Positions 36,690-50,429 of a stretch of 64,000 nucleotides of DNA are shown here, in pieces. The notes beneath the pieces are model-generated. The model did no database searches and was not told where the DNA came from. It was given only the letters and a program-made list of their open reading frames with translations. Each line of letters opens with the position of its first letter. The first letter of the stretch is position 1. A program made the position numbers and the translations under genes. Source of the DNA: Guillardia theta CCMP2712 (taxonomy: Eukaryota > Protista > Cryptophyta); assembly GCF_000315625.1 (NCBI RefSeq), contig NW_005434588.1, positions 1-64,000 on the forward strand, in the 5' to 3' direction.

Positions 36690-37950
36690 CTTCGCGTCAT
36701 CTCACCGGCTCTTCCTCTCAGAGTTGTCAGGCTCAATTTTTGCTTCCTCTCTAAACGCCAGTGGGAGAAATTCAATCCCTCCAAGCTTCGCACAAACTGC
36801 TGCGAGCATGGGAGGAAGAAGGCGTCACGAGCTCCCTCCTATTACAAGTGAGCAGCAGGGAAAGCAAACACTTGTCTCACCTGGCCCTCTCCTCCCACGT
36901 AGATCGCTTCCTCGATCTCGAACTCTACCAACGGAGTGACTCGAGTAGCAACAGCAACGATCGGACCTTCAGTCTTCAAATCCCCGACAGCCTGCAAGCT
37001 CTCGATAAAGGTAGGATAGCAGGAGCGATCAGGAGGTGCCAGATGGTAGAAGACGCTCCCTTGCTCTGCAAGAGAGGATCTCACTCTCGCCCTTGCTCTG
37101 GCTTTTTTTCTCACCTACACACTTAGCCACAAGTCCGCAAAGAGGTTTGATGGAGCTGAGGTGGTAGAAGAGGTCACTTCCTATCACAACATCGAAGTAT
37201 CCGAGCTCGGCACTGCAGACGTCTATCAGCACACGAGACGTCAGTCCACCTTCTCACAGCTTCTTTTCGTCATTCCAGTCAAACTCCAGCACTTGACATC
37301 TTAGTGGAGATGAGCGTTGTCAAAATACAGCATCGCACATACCGGCTCCCATGCTGTACAGCTTGTTTCACGTTCTCCTCGAGGTTCTTGATCAGCTCCC
37401 CTCCAGCTGAGGAGCCCAGCACGTTGGCATTTGCAGTGTCGGTCAGGACAACTTCCTTGCACCCAACTTGTGAGCATGCGATGCCGACCAGCCCGCAGCC
37501 GGCGCCGAGCTCAAGGATGCGCTTGCCCTGCAGCAGATGACGGTGACTGAGCAGCCACAAGCTCATGGCAACGGAAGAGGCGAACACATGCGATCCTCCC
37601 AACCCAGCCTCTGTGTAGCTTGCCTCCCGCACCTCCAACTCCAGCTTCCCCATCACAAATTTCCTGCCAACCGACTCACAAAACACCCGACAAGACGAAA
37701 GAAGACCTCAAGTTTCCTTCTGATGCTCTGTTCCAGTTAGATGGAAGAAAGAGGCCAGACGAGTGTTTGAAGAAAACCTCTCCTTTCTCCTCTTCTTCCG
37801 CATTCCCACGACTATACTCGATGCACCCGTGTGTCCCACTTGACCCATGCAGTGCGTATGCTCGCACTACCTTCCAGCTTCCTGAAGGAGGGAAGGCAAC
37901 TACGAGCAGGTAGAGTTGTATCCATACGGACAAGAATCTGAGCATTTCTC
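36690..37950 (-). CDS. Family-16 (METTL21-like) protein methyltransferase
   Basis: GKRILELGAGCGLVGI, VVLTD, FDVVIGSDLFY; multi-exon; ends approximate. Confidence 0.85.
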
Positions 37951-38310
37951 GCTGCTTTGTCTCCTGCTTCTCCTCTACTATTTCATCCCGTCCCTCTCCT
38001 CTCATTCACCTTCCACCTCCTTCCCATTCACCTCACTCTCTCTCTCCTCCCTCCTTCAAACTTGTGTCTTTCTTTCTCTTTTCGTCTCGTTCCTCCTACT
38101 GCTCCTCCTGCAGCCGCCGCCGCCGCCATTTCTGCTTTTCATCTGCCATGGATTCCCCACTTGCGTCTCCCCGACAACGATCCTGTAGCTTCAAATGGAC
38201 GGGTGGGGTGTCTCGATCACCCCTTAATCGTAATCAATTATTAGCTCAGATGAGGGGTAGTATAGAACGACAGATGGAAATGGAGGGTAGTGCTCGACTT
38301 CTCAAATGCA

Positions 38311-41300
38311 ATGCGCTGCTTGCCATCCAGAGTCTGCATCCTGCTGCTGGCGCTTGCAGCAGCGAGAGGAGGAGGAAGAGGAGTCGAGGAGAGTCGAGAT
38401 CATGTCGTTGAAACAGGGACAGGGGCAGGAGGGATCGTAAACAAGCGGGAGAGGGAGCGAGCGCTCGAGCAATGCTTGCGAGAGTTGGATGAAGACGTCG
38501 GCCATTCATGGCAGGGGATCGCAGGAACAATGGATGCTGCCTTCCGATCGCCAACTCCATGGTGGAGGAGAGCAGAAGATACTGACAGCAGCGTCTGCGC
38601 TCAGGTCAACCTGCTATGGTGGATGCAAAACGTTGCTAGGGGATTGCAAGGAGGATTGGCCGGGTGCAAGTTCAGCTATGGCAGCTCAAGGAGACGGGCG
38701 GGAGAGATGTCGCAGGTGGGACTTCGTCTCCGACCGCCTCTTCTCATGATCATCGACCCTCTGACTATCGACGATGCTTTGGTGACCCTGCAGTCGCTCG
38801 CTGGGGTAGAGGAGGTAGACGAAACAGTCCTATTCATCATGCTCGACGCCTGCGGCCCGCGTCAGGAAGGGTGGACACGAGGAGAGGAGGAGAGATGCAG
38901 CGAGGGACTAAGCGAAGCTCAGATCCGGGGGCTGGTAGCCATCAACTTCATGGAGGTGCGGGTGATAGGCTTCGATGCTCAAGGCGTGATGCTGGTTCCT
39001 CCTCCTCTCAAGAAGACGAGGTGGTCCTTCACGACATGGCAGCAGCAGCAGGATCGCAGCGCGTCTTTCTACAAAGTTAGAGCTCTACATGCCCTCCGAC
39101 ATGTTCTGGACGTGGAGGATTTCTACCACGCGATCCTTCTAGAGCCAGGGTGTGTTCTAAGAAACTCCTTCTATCTCTTTCATCGCTCCTCCGTCATGTT
39201 CGCTCACAGGACAGCTGTCCTTGCCGTCGTCTCCTCGCCTCCCGATGATGTCGAGCAGACGTTCGAGCATCCTTGTGAGGAAGAAGCTTTCAGCTTGTCG
39301 GAGCAGCTGCAGCTGAGAGCATCGCTCGGGTTGAATCGACGCGCCCTCCTAGAGTTGTACGAGAATTTGCACGCACAAGATCAGTTAGGTCGGCTCCTCT
39401 TCCTTCCTACCTGATCCCTACCTGGTCCTCTCCTCCTCTCTCCTCCCTTCTCTGCATGGTCCTCCCGCTTCAGTTTTGTCTGATGATTGTGACAGGACTC
39501 AAGGAGAGTCTTCGTTCGCTGAACAACATCAGCAGCAGCATCACGAGATATTTCTTGTACCCCTCGGCCGGTCAAGTTGTGGAGGACCCGAGGGTGGGGC
39601 AAGGCGATGGGACTGAGCAAGCGGCGCGAGGCTCAGACCCCCTCAAGTTCCGACGGCTGATCTTTGATGAGGAGAAGGAAGAAGGACCCCTAGGCCCTTT
39701 AGAGCCCCAAGGACCCCTCCACTTCTCCCACTGCTCCGTCCATGGCTGGGCTCCTCGCCTGAAGCCTAGGAGAGTCTACGACATGGTCACTTTCTTCCAG
39801 GTGGGAACGAGCTGGGGAGGTCGGTGACTGAGCGACTTGTGGCAGGAGACTCAAATGCTTCTGCTCCGCCTCCACGAGCTCAACTCCACGTGATCTCTCC
39901 CTCTCCACCCTCCCCAGCTGATGGCCGAGCAGGGTTGACGTTCACGTCGTGGTGGAGGGAGATCGGACGTTCAGAGGTGACGCGAAGCAGCGTCTCCTCC
40001 CCCGCTGGCTGCGTCGCTTCCAGTCCTTCAAGCACAAGCTCCGCCTCGTCTTCGCTCCTCTTCCTGCTCACCTCGACATCTCTCTCGACCCGTGCACCTC
40101 GGAAGGAAAATGCGCTCAAGGTCCTCAAACTTCCTTTTGCTCGTCCCTCCTCCTCTTCCACTGTCTGCCCTCCCCTCCTCCCCTCCTCCCCTCCTCCCCT
40201 CTCTCCGTCTTTCTTTCCTTCCCTCCTGCTTTCTTCTCCCCTCTCCCCTCTCCCTCGTCTTCTTGATGTCTTCTTTTGATCTATGATCCATATGCTGAGC
40301 CACCTTCCATGCTGTGCCAGATGTGTTCGATCAAGCACTCGCAAACTCTTGGACCTCAGGATATAGAAATTGGTTCAAGCGAGAATGGTGAGCAGCAGAC
40401 AAAACAACTTGAGGAAAGGAGGAGGGGACGAGAGCGGGGGAACAGTAAAGCAGGGCGGAAGAGCAAGAGGGCGGGAGAGAACGAGAGCAAAGTGAAAGGC
40501 TTATCATGGAGCGGCAGGTACAGTCGACATGCTCTCGCCTGGGGTTTATGGGATGCGCAACCCGACGACTTGCTGATCTTAGGCGATGTCGATGAGATTC
40601 CGCGGGTGAGCAGGGGAGGGAGGGGAGGGGGACGAGGACGAGGACGAGCTTGTGTTTTGACTACGACGAGGACGAGCTTGTGTTTTGACTAAGACGAAGA
40701 CGAGCTTGTGTTTTGACTAATCATGCCAGGCCTCGTTGGTACGAGCAATGAAGGAGTGTGAAGGGGTCGGAGATGCGGTGGGCATGTCGTCGCAGTGGTT
40801 TCAGTACAAGTGGTGGATGGTGAAGAAGGATCGCTACTTCTGGACTCCTGCCCTCCTCTTATTCCGCTCCCTCGCTGTCCCTGACATCGCTTTCTCACAC
40901 CCTCGTACTCGCCCCGGCGACGTGGAGCGAGGAAGAAGCATCTCCCTCAAGTCGTTGAGATGCTTCGGATTTTGGCGGCTCATACCTTGGATGGAGAACA
41001 AGGTTTCTCCTCCTCCTCCTCCTCCTCCTCTCCTCCCCCTCTTTTACTTCCTCCTCTCCTCCTCTCCTCCTCTCCTCCTCCTCTCCTCCTATTCCAATCG
41101 TGACCACCAGCTTCAAGGGTTGGCACTTCAGCTACTTCGGCAGCACCACCTCTCTCTTGCGGAAGATTTCCTCCTTCTCCGATGAGGTTGAGCTCTCTCC
41201 TCCCTGCTTCATCCTCCGGCTCATTCCCTTCTGCTCTATCCAGCTGCTCCTCTTGTCCTCCAACCAGAACACCTCTCCTGCTGCTCGAACCTTCCTCTGC

Positions 41301-42158
41301 CCGCCCTCCTTTCTGTCCTCCTCACTCTCCACCTCACTTTTCCCCTTCTGCCCATCCTCTACATCTACATCTACATCTACATCTACATCAGACCATTTGC
41401 TCACCTAGCTCGCAGGACTTTGGCTTGAGTGGGAACCTGACTCTCCTGGAAGAAGTAGTTCGATCGGGGTTGGACTTTCACTCTGTCTTGGAGACTCTCA
41501 ACAAGAAAAACTCGGTGAGAGTTTTGAGATGAGATGCTCTCTTTGTCGTCAACACTTTTGCTGCTGCTATTCATCCTTCTTCAGGACTCATTGCGCAAAC
41601 TGGACAAATGGACAGACATTTCTCGATTACCCAAGTATCTTCAGGTGCAGGAGCAATCGATGATAACTGAGTTGCTTCTCACTTCTTACAGGATCATCTC
41701 GACATGTTTGATGAGGATTGGAGCAACAATGAAGAGATTTCTCAACCGTTTCACTGCATTCCTTTCAATGACAAGACACTTCAGAGCGACTTCACGGCAT
41801 CGTCTCATGTTCTTGTTCCCTCGAGTGAGTTGTTCTCAGGGCGTCGAGCTAGAAACTTGTTCATCGGCAAACGAGTCAGCCACCTTCTCTTCTTCTTCCT
41901 TCACTTGTGATCTCGTTCTCATCGCAGCTCTCACCTCTCATTCCTCAACGTTCAAGTCAAAGGAGCCTGCGACGCTCCTCCTCGTCCTTGGCCGTCTCAG
42001 GACAACTGCGGCATTTCCCTTCCTCCTCCTCCTCCTGCGGACGAGGATGAGACTTGCAGGGCAGAGGCGAGGCAGCGGCCAGTCGTGCTCCTCTCGACGA
42101 TCCCACAAGACGTCGCGGTGGCATCGGGCAGATGTGACGATCAATGCGTGTGGTTGAC
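38311..42158 (+). CDS. Secretory glycosyltransferase: degenerate GT-A (GnT-I/II-like) region followed by a GT17 (GnT-III-like) domain
   Basis: Signal peptide; RRVYDMVTFFQ...LLRLHEL...HVVVEGDRTFRG, DDLLILGDVDEIPR and GWHFSYFG...KISSF are GT17 hallmarks; many introns; 3' end approximate. Confidence 0.75.
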
Positions 42159-42252
42159 GGGTGAGTGACTTGGAGCTGTCTTGCTCGACCTCTCGAGGAA
42201 GTACATTTGACATCTGGACATTTTCTCTTCGATGTCTCAACATATCTAAACA

Positions 42253-42384
42253 CTATCTCTTTGCTTCTTCTTGTTTCTATCTCTTTGCTTCTTCTTGTTT
42301 CTATCTCTTTGCTTCTTCTTGTTTCTATCTCTTTGCTTCTTCTTGTTTCTATCTCTTTGCTTCTTCTTGTTTCTATCTCTTTGC
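42253..42384. repeat. 24-bp tandem repeat x5.5 (CTATCTCTTTGCTTCTTCTTGTTT)
   Basis: Directly visible. Confidence 0.95.
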
Positions 42385-42479
42385 CATGTCTGATTCTTCG
42401 CCTTGGTGGCTCTAAGAGGCTACTGGAAGAGCCTGCGAGGCCAACGGGCTGGTGGACGTGAAACTTTTCTGGGCGGGGC

Positions 42480-43398
42480 GAATGCCTGAGAGGACGGAGA
42501 TGAAGCCGCAGCGACAGGTCAAATAAGAAGGCGGAGGAAGGGGGGAGGGAGGAAGTAGGAGGGAAGAGAGAGGAGGGAGGGAGGGGAGAGGAAGGAGATA
42601 GCTGGAGCAAGATGGAGAGAGCAGCCTTGACGTGCATGAGGAAGGTCTGGGGGTTCTACGACTTGTTCTCGGCACTACCAGAAGAGATGCAAGTGAGTGC
42701 AGGCGGAGGGGCGACATGGCGAGAGGAGGATGACGAGACAGGCGCAGGCGAACGTGCCGGAGGCAAACAAGTCCGTCGACGTCGACGCGTTTGACCTGAT
42801 CTTGTCAAAGGTGGATGAGCCTGAAAGGGGCCGAGTGATGACCGAGCTGCCGCAGGAGACGTTCCCTGAGATGTTTATCAGTCCTTTTGACTACTGCAAC
42901 GTGTGTCAAGTCGCCAGAGCAATGGTCCATGCTCCTCTTTGAAGGCTCTCCGCTGACCTCCTGGCCTCAGCTTCAAGATCACTGCAGTCGGGGACCGCAT
43001 CATCCGCTCCTCTCCTCCTCCTCCCCCCACCTCCTCATCATGATCCCCCAGAACGGCCATGCCTACAGCCAACTCCAGCTCCCCCTCATCTACCGGTGAC
43101 ATCTCCTGCAATTCCCTGCAGCATCTTAGAGGAAGCAGGACGATCAACGTGGAGTCCTCGGAGACATCTGCCGTGATCAAGCTGGTCGGAAAGCATGAGG
43201 AGGTATTGACATTGATGGTTGAGATGGAGAGGACTTGTTGATGATGACATTAGCGATTCTGGTGGTGATGATGATGATCATGATGATGATGAATGGGAGG
43301 AGAACTATTGGGAGTGGAAGTCCAGGAGCACGAAGAGGAGATGGAGATGGATGAAAATGTTGGTGACGATGACGATAAAAAGGAGGAGGATGTGAAAT
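42480..43398 (+). CDS. Hypothetical protein or fragments
   Basis: Coding-like stretches in successive frames (DVDAFDLILSKVDEPERG..., LRGSRTINVESSETSAVIKLVG) with an acidic tail; no recognisable domain. Confidence 0.3.
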
Positions 43399-43599
43399 AA
43401 AGATCATACGTACGAGATTCAGGGTTGTGACGTTTTTTTGTCTTCAGATCTTTTCGATCCCTGAAAGTCACCGTGAAGATCTCAAGGTCTTGTTCTGATT
43501 CTTATTCCTCTTCAGTCCTCCCCCTCCGCCTCCGCCTCCGCCTCTGCCACCGCAATCTCCTCGTCCTGAGAAATCTGTTCCTCCTTATCCTTTGAATAA

Positions 43600-43865
43600 T
43601 TTCCTCCTCCTCCTCCTCCACCTCCTCCTCCTCCTCTCCTCATTAGCCTCCTACTCTCTCCTCCTCCTCCTCCTCGCTCCTCCTCTCTCATCCTCCTCCT
43701 CCTCCTCCTCCTCCTCCTCCTCCTCCTCCTCTCTCCTCTCTCCTCCTCCTCCTCCTCCTCGCTCCTCCTCTCTCCTCCTCCTCCTCCTCCTCTCTCCTCC
43801 TCCTCCTCCTCCTCCTCCTCCTCCTCCTCCTCCTCCTCCTCCTCCTCCTCCTCCTCCTCCTCCTC
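43600..43865. repeat. (CCT)n polypyrimidine tract
   Basis: Directly visible. Confidence 0.95.
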
Positions 43866-44799
43866 TGAGCTGTATGTACAGATTGTCTCAACCAGTCCGA
43901 GGATAGAGGAGAGGAGGCTGATCATCCCCTACATCCCTCCAGGCTACTGGGAGGTCTTGCGATTTACCTGCTCCTCCTCCACTTACCCTGAGTCCTCCCT
44001 CCTCCCCTGCTCCTCCCCTGCTCTTCTCTTCTCCCTTCGTCCTCCTCTCTCCTCCATCCTTCTCCTCGCTCCTCACTTTCTTCTTCAGATCCATATCTCC
44101 ATCCTGAACAAGAAACGTCGGCCGTTGTCATCCGACCACATTCTCTTCTCCGTGTATTAGGTCGACCATGATCCCCAGGGATGGGAAAGCAAAGGAAAGA
44201 GCCAGCACGACGACCATTGGACGAGGACGAGGCAAGGAAGAGAACAAGGACGAGGGCGAGGGCAAGGGCGAGGGCGAGGATTCTGAAGGGGAAGAAGGAG
44301 AGGTAAGAGAAGAACAATAGGATTTCGTATCGTTCAAGCATACAGGAAATACCCGGGGGTAGATGGGCAGGAGCACGAGGAACAGAAGGAAAGAGCAAGG
44401 AAGACTGTCGGGTTGATCGGAGGTGAATGGTGCAGGAGGACGAGGAGGAGCAGGAGGATGAGAGGAGGGAAGAGCACGAGTAGGGGGAATCAGAGCATCG
44501 AATCAGAATCGAGCTACCTAACTAGATCACTAGAATAGACTTTTTACAAACATGCTGCATGGTCACATGCCCGAACACAGCATGTGGTAATCCCAACTCC
44601 TCCCTTCCCTTCCTTGTCTCCGCACTTCAATCTATCAGCCTCCACCTTCACCTTCCCATCGCATGCTCCTGCTCCTGCTCCATCCCTTGTCGACCTTCAG
44701 CCGTGTACGTCCTTCCCTTCCTCAAGCTTCATTGTGTCGCTGCCGTCAGACGTATTCCGTCCTATCCAAATTCTCGATGCTGGTGTATCCCCTAGTTCC

Positions 44800-45716
44800 A
44801 TGTCAGCCGCAAATCGTCTCATCTCTACTCCTCACCTGTTGTTCATGCAGAAACGGACGCACAGCAGGCAGGCGACGAGGAGGGAGAGGACGAGGAAGAG
44901 GCTGCAGGAGTGTCAGCGAGGCAGAGGCAGGTAGGATCGTACATGAAGGGGAATGCAGAGAGCCCCCATGCAACGGGAGGGCTCTGCGCTGCGATGGCGA
45001 GGAGAAGGAGCCGAGCGTCTACGACATGTCAGAGAATGGCGGAAGAGGGGGAGGAACCTACCCAGGGCTCGACCGTTCGAGTTGCTCCTGCTCATCGTCC
45101 AGGAGTCCCGCAAGTCTCCGAACGTGGTTGTCCTCATCAAAGTGACCATGCTCTTGCCGCTCGCCACGTCGTGCACGACCATCCCATCGCCCTTCGGGGA
45201 GGAGGAGGCGAAAACCTTCCCTTGAGCATCTGCAAAGGTGAAGAGGACTACGCTTCCCATTCCAGCAGACTGAAGCTCCTCCGTCACCTCCCCGAGCTGG
45301 TTTCCAGCACAATCCTCCACCACTATCACATCATGAGGGAAGAGTTCCCCGGCTCCAGTTCTCATCTCATGTCTGCTTGTCGCTATCGTTTCCCCCTTGT
45401 CGTCCTTCAACCGCACCAGGCTCGACCAGGACATGATGTCATACTCCATCCTCCCTCCCACCTTCTCTTGCCCGCCGCTGTTGCCAGTCCCCGCCTTCTC
45501 AAATATCCGGACAGTCTGCCTCCATGTCCACATCGCTTCTCGCACTGTCGCTGCCTCGAAGTTAAAATTTCCGCAAGTGGAGTTGGTTCCTTCAGCAGAA
45601 GACAACACGGACAGCAAACCTCGTCGAGCAACGCTCAGAGCCTCTCCTCCTACTCCCCTTCCTAACCCTCCTCCTGCTCCTCCTCCTGCTCCTCCTCGCC
45701 AGGCCATCGCCGCCAT
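44800..45716 (-). CDS. LURP-one/scramblase-like (tubby C-terminal fold) protein
   Basis: Repeated beta-hairpin units (LKDDKGETIATS, VEDCAGNQLGEVTEE, FADAQGKVFASS) in ORF 44913-45716. Confidence 0.45.
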
Positions 45717-45865
45717 GATTGCCGGTAATAGAGCAAACCCTCATCCTCAATTTCGGTTATTTTCTGGTTATTCTGAATAACGGCAGGGCGCATGCCAGTG
45801 AACAGTAGGTAAGGGGTAATATCATCATCTGGTAATATATGCCATGCCCGAGTGAAAGTTTTATT

Positions 45866-47448
45866 CTATTTCTTCATCAGGCCGAAAGAAAGTTTCGCTC
45901 GAGTCTTGTCCTTGGAGTTGGAGCCCTTCCCAAGAATGAGCTGCTGCTCCTTCTTCCTCTTCTCTTCCTCCTGATCAGAACCGTCACTGACCGTCAACTC
46001 AAACGATCCTCAGCGTGCAGCCACCTCCTGCTCTCTTTTCCTCTGCTCCTGCTGCAAGCGAGCTTTCTCTTCCAACTCTGGCGCATGGTTCAGCCGCAAG
46101 AAGTGAGGAAGGGAAGAGGGAGAGGGAGAGGGAGGGGAAGAGGGGAGAGGGGAGAGGGAAGAGGGAGGGGAAGAGGGGAGAGGGAAGAGGGAAGAGGGAG
46201 GGGAAAAGGAACCTCGCAGGCGTTTCAGCCTTTCCTCCTCCTCGTGGTCGATTTCCATCTCCACATCCCCCGGATTATGATCAGGAACCAATGCAGAGGA
46301 ACGCGAAGGTGCTGAGGGAGGGGCGGGTGGGGGAGGAGGAGCATTGGGCGTTTGTGAACTAGAAGATGACAAATGTGAAGATGTCTGCGAAGGAGGAGGA
46401 GGAGGAGGAGGAGGCAAACTTTTCGAATGCATGCCATTCGAGTTAGTGCTTGTCCTTGAGTCCTGGTGGATGGGGTGAGAGGAAGAAGGGCGTGAAGAAA
46501 AAAAGAAGAAGATGCCTGGGTCTCTCTTCTCGCCTCCTCCAAAACTTTTGCCTTCTGCTCTTGAAGTTCCTTCTTTATCTCGGCTGAAAATCATTCCAGT
46601 CAAGCAAGATTTCATCGGGGGTGCGATGGATATGTTTTCATCAAGGAGAAAGAACAAAAGAGAATGCAATGGATATGTTTCGATCGAAGAGAACGAACAA
46701 AAGAGAATGGAGTGGAAATGTTCAAGGAGAAAGAACAAAGGAGAAAGAATGAAGTCAAAGAACAACAAGAGGACGAGTGATCATTTCAAAGTCAAGGCAA
46801 GCAAGAGAAGAGAGGTTCATACCGAGCATCTTCTCGGTGAGCTCCTTCTTTGCTGTGTCGATTCGAACTTGAAGCTCTTGCAGAAACTCCTCACTCTCCA
46901 GCGCCGCATGCACCCGCTTCGAAATCTCCGCTTCAGTTCTCCGTATCACCTCATCTGCAACAATCCTTTCCTCTGTGTCTTTCCTGCTCCTATCGTAATG
47001 CGAGTTAGCGAGGGTTCAACGGCTTCCAGCTGCCATGTGAATGAGCATAAGGAGCGGAGAGGCTGAGGAGGAAGAAGAGAGATCCATGATGTATGCCTGT
47101 ACCACTGGTTCCCAACACAATGAGCCGTATGCTCTCGTCCTCGTCAGCTAATCAATAACTGCAACACATAACGATGCTGCCAAGACGAGATAGGATTGTA
47201 GTGATCAGCATGCTTGTCTATCGCCTCACGCTCGTCTCATGCTTTCCACCACCTCCTCTCTCTCCCTCGGGGTTCACATACTTGTAGCTGTCTTCGTAGC
47301 CTCGTGGAGAGCGCGACCGGGATCTCCTGCCTCTGCTCCTGCTCCTTGACCGGCGGCGGCTAGAATGTCGCCGGTAGCTCTCCGGGGGGGTGGGGCTTCT
47401 CCGTCGTGATGGACGAGGCGGCGAGCGAGAAGGACTTCTCCTTCCCAT
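45866..47448 (-). CDS. ARGLU1: Arginine- and glutamate-rich protein 1 (splicing-related)
   Basis: N-terminal RS domain MGRRSPSRS..., EAEISKRVHAALESEE, C-terminal QQLILGKG...RAKLSFGL; multi-exon. Confidence 0.8.
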
Positions 47449-47989
47449 CTCTGTCAAACTCCGTCAGGGTAAAGTCGAGGTGAACCTCCTACTCTTCTTC
47501 TGCATTCATCATTGCCCTCTCTTTCCATATGCTTGATTCGCAGCTCTTCTAACCTCCTCTCATCTCTCTCTCTTCTCTCTTCCTCTCACTCACTCACTCC
47601 GTCAACTCCTGTGAATGCTCGTGATTCCATTCCTGATCTCTCCAGCCTCTCCCGCTCCCTCCCCTTCCCCTCCTGTGCTTGCCTCTTGGCCTCTGCGCAT
47701 GCTTCGCTCGTCTCTGGCCGTAGCCCCTAGGGCCTCCTAGGACACAAGGGTCCTAGAAAGTGAAGGGAATCGGGACAAGAGAAAGATGGTGGAGGAGAAA
47801 TAGAGGGAAGAGAGAAGAAACAGAGAAGAGAGGATGACAGAGACGAGGCAGAACGATCGATGGCAGATAGAAGTTGGAAGGAGGTCGCAACAAGAATGAA
47901 AGAACAAGATGTTCAAATGTTTTAATCCTAGCAAGAGCGACGCATTGAAAATTGAAAATATCCTTCAGACTCACTATCATGAATCTAGT

Positions 47990-49837
47990 AACTTCAATGA
48001 ATTCCGCTGGGAGCCTCGAGCAGTTCTGCTCGTTCAAAAAGACACATCCAACGCATTTCCCTCGTGCACAGATCGTTCATCGGTTCTTGTTCCTCTCATG
48101 AGCCTCCTCGTCCGCGTTCGAAGGATGGTGCCACTCCCTCTGTTTATGAATAAACATCTTGAGAAGGAGAGCAGCACTCTCACCTGATCCACCGTCGTCT
48201 TCAGCATGAACTCGTCTGCAGGCCTCAGCGTAGACTTGTTCTTGCTGTCCCTACACAACCCTTCAGTGATAGCCGCACAGTGGAGTACTACACCGGAAGA
48301 TGCGATAGTGTGGGACCTGATCTATGGCGTAGGCAATCCCTCGAGACCCTTCGTCTCCTCGTTGATACAGCCTGGACTAGTCAGCAGGAATGCGCAGCAC
48401 GTGCAGGACTGACCAATCATCGCCGAACTGCTTCAGGTCCATAGGTTTCGAGTAGCACCTGGATCCAATCAGCTGTTCGTACACCAGAGGCTTGCCGGGC
48501 TACCGCAGGGTCCTCTTCCCCTCTCCATTCATGTAGTCGTCGAAGTAGGACATGACGAGCTCACGGATGCTGTTGTAGACGGAGTTTCTGAACCTTCACA
48601 CGCCGTCTGAGTTGGTGCAGGAGATATCAGTTAGCAAGCCACCTGAGCGACGAATGGTTGGAAACTGACAAGCATCCCCAAAGCCCGTTTCTCTACCATG
48701 AGCATGAACACGAAACCACAACCTTGTTTCTTCACACCTGGAAGGGAGTGACAACATGATCGTCGTCCCATTTTGAAGCTCGCAAATCTAGAAGTTGAGC
48801 AGGGAAGCTGAAGAACAGATCACCACCAACATCTCGGAATGCAGACCAACCCATGCAAGCTCAAAATGTATGCCCCTAGAAGTGCCCCCTCAAGACAGTG
48901 CGCATGATTTTGCCTCACCTGCCCTCCCATGTCAAATTTTGCAACGATGACGTAAACTCTTACACATTCTAGGGCCGAGAGACTAACGTCCTTGTCTACT
49001 TCGTGATTCATCGGGATAGAGTCGAGGTAGTCTTGTACCTTCTCAGGTGTGTTCTGAGGACCATGCATGAATCATTTGACGCCCGTCATGGATTGATCAT
49101 GGATTGGCTACTCACAAGTGACTGAAAGAAGGCCTCCTCCTCCAACGTCCACGCGTCCCCTCCCACACCTCTCCCATGTGCAGAGAAGTTTCTTCCACCG
49201 ACACAAAATGCCTGACTGAAGAACGACAAGAATGAATTCAAAAGATCGAGATGACGGATGGAAGAGAATCTTTCAACCTGGGCAGAGACCAGAACTTGTA
49301 GTGAGAGCAATTCTCAACTCGAACCCTGAACGTAACCCATGCGCCATGTTTCAGATCCGTTACAACCCATGAGCAAGAATGCAGTACTCCAAGTTCGTAT
49401 CCTGCGTGTTTGATCTGGTTGGGTATGTCCCTCCACTTTCCTTTAGTTTGCTCGTCAACAGGAAACGGGGACTTCAGTGGCTCGGGCACTTCAGCGAACT
49501 CCATACGATATCTGAAAAGATCTTTTCCGTATGCTCCTCGAGGCGGTCGCCAGGTGACAGTGACGGAAGAGTCTGTTGCAAAGCTAACTTGCACGTTCCT
49601 ACAGGATTTGTCGCCGGAAGGAGGAGGAACATTCTTAAGAAGCGCATCTTCGTCGTCGGCTGAGGGTCGGGACGAGTAGGCCTCTTCAAGGTGACCACTG
49701 CCATGTCGTCTTGAGTGAGTACAGAGAGACAAGCGTAACTTATCCTTCTCTTCTTCTGAACCCACAAACGTCATCTCCCCCTCCTCCTCTCCTACCTCCC
49801 TATCCTCCTCGTCACTATCCGTGCAGCTCCCCGACAT
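47990..49837 (-). CDS. Fibronectin type III domain fused to a vasohibin/transglutaminase-like cysteine protease
   Basis: FN3 (SVTVTWRPP...YRMEF...VTDLKHGAWVTFRVR) spliced to TPEKVQDYLDSIPMN...AHCLEGALLG...DDDHVV...LWGCLSVSNHS...RELVMSYFDDY; 3' end approximate. Confidence 0.7.
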
Positions 49838-50429
49838 GGCCCCCAAACAGCGCTCTGCTCACTGCCGGGCCGGCCGGGCCCGTCTCAAGTACGCACCGGG
49901 CGGCGTAATTCAAGTAGAGGCCGCACTGCACCGAGAGGACCATTTGACTAGTTTTATTTAGTTGAAAAAAACGTAACGGGACCAACTTTGTGATCAGACG
50001 AGAGGGGTGGGGTGATTCTCAGTAGTGAACTTGAGGGGTCCAAACAGTACCAAGTCAGTGTGATTGACTGGGGTGGTGTCCTATGGACCCGATGAGGTGC
50101 AATGAAGTCATCGGTGGGTGGGTGTGGAAGCGCAAGGGGCGAAAGATATGGCTTGTGAGGAATTTGAACTTGAAGGGCTCAAAGATGACTGCGACTGTGA
50201 TGCAGTGAAGGACTTGGTGAACTTGAGATGAAGAATGAACAGCGGCTAGTACTTACGATCGTGAGAGTCACGGGTCATCCGCTGTGACTGTCGTGACTGC
50301 CATGCAGAAGTGAGAAGCGACTCGGACAAGAAAGTGAGATGCTTGATGGGAAGGTTAAAAGCTAATAATAGAAATATCGAATTCAAGTTGTAGCCTAACA
50401 TGAGAGAAAACTTGTTGGAAACTACGGTT

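Noticed and set aside
43512-44400. Poly-E/poly-P/poly-R ORFs
   Set aside because: Products of (CCT)n low-complexity tracts; any small exons here could not be resolved
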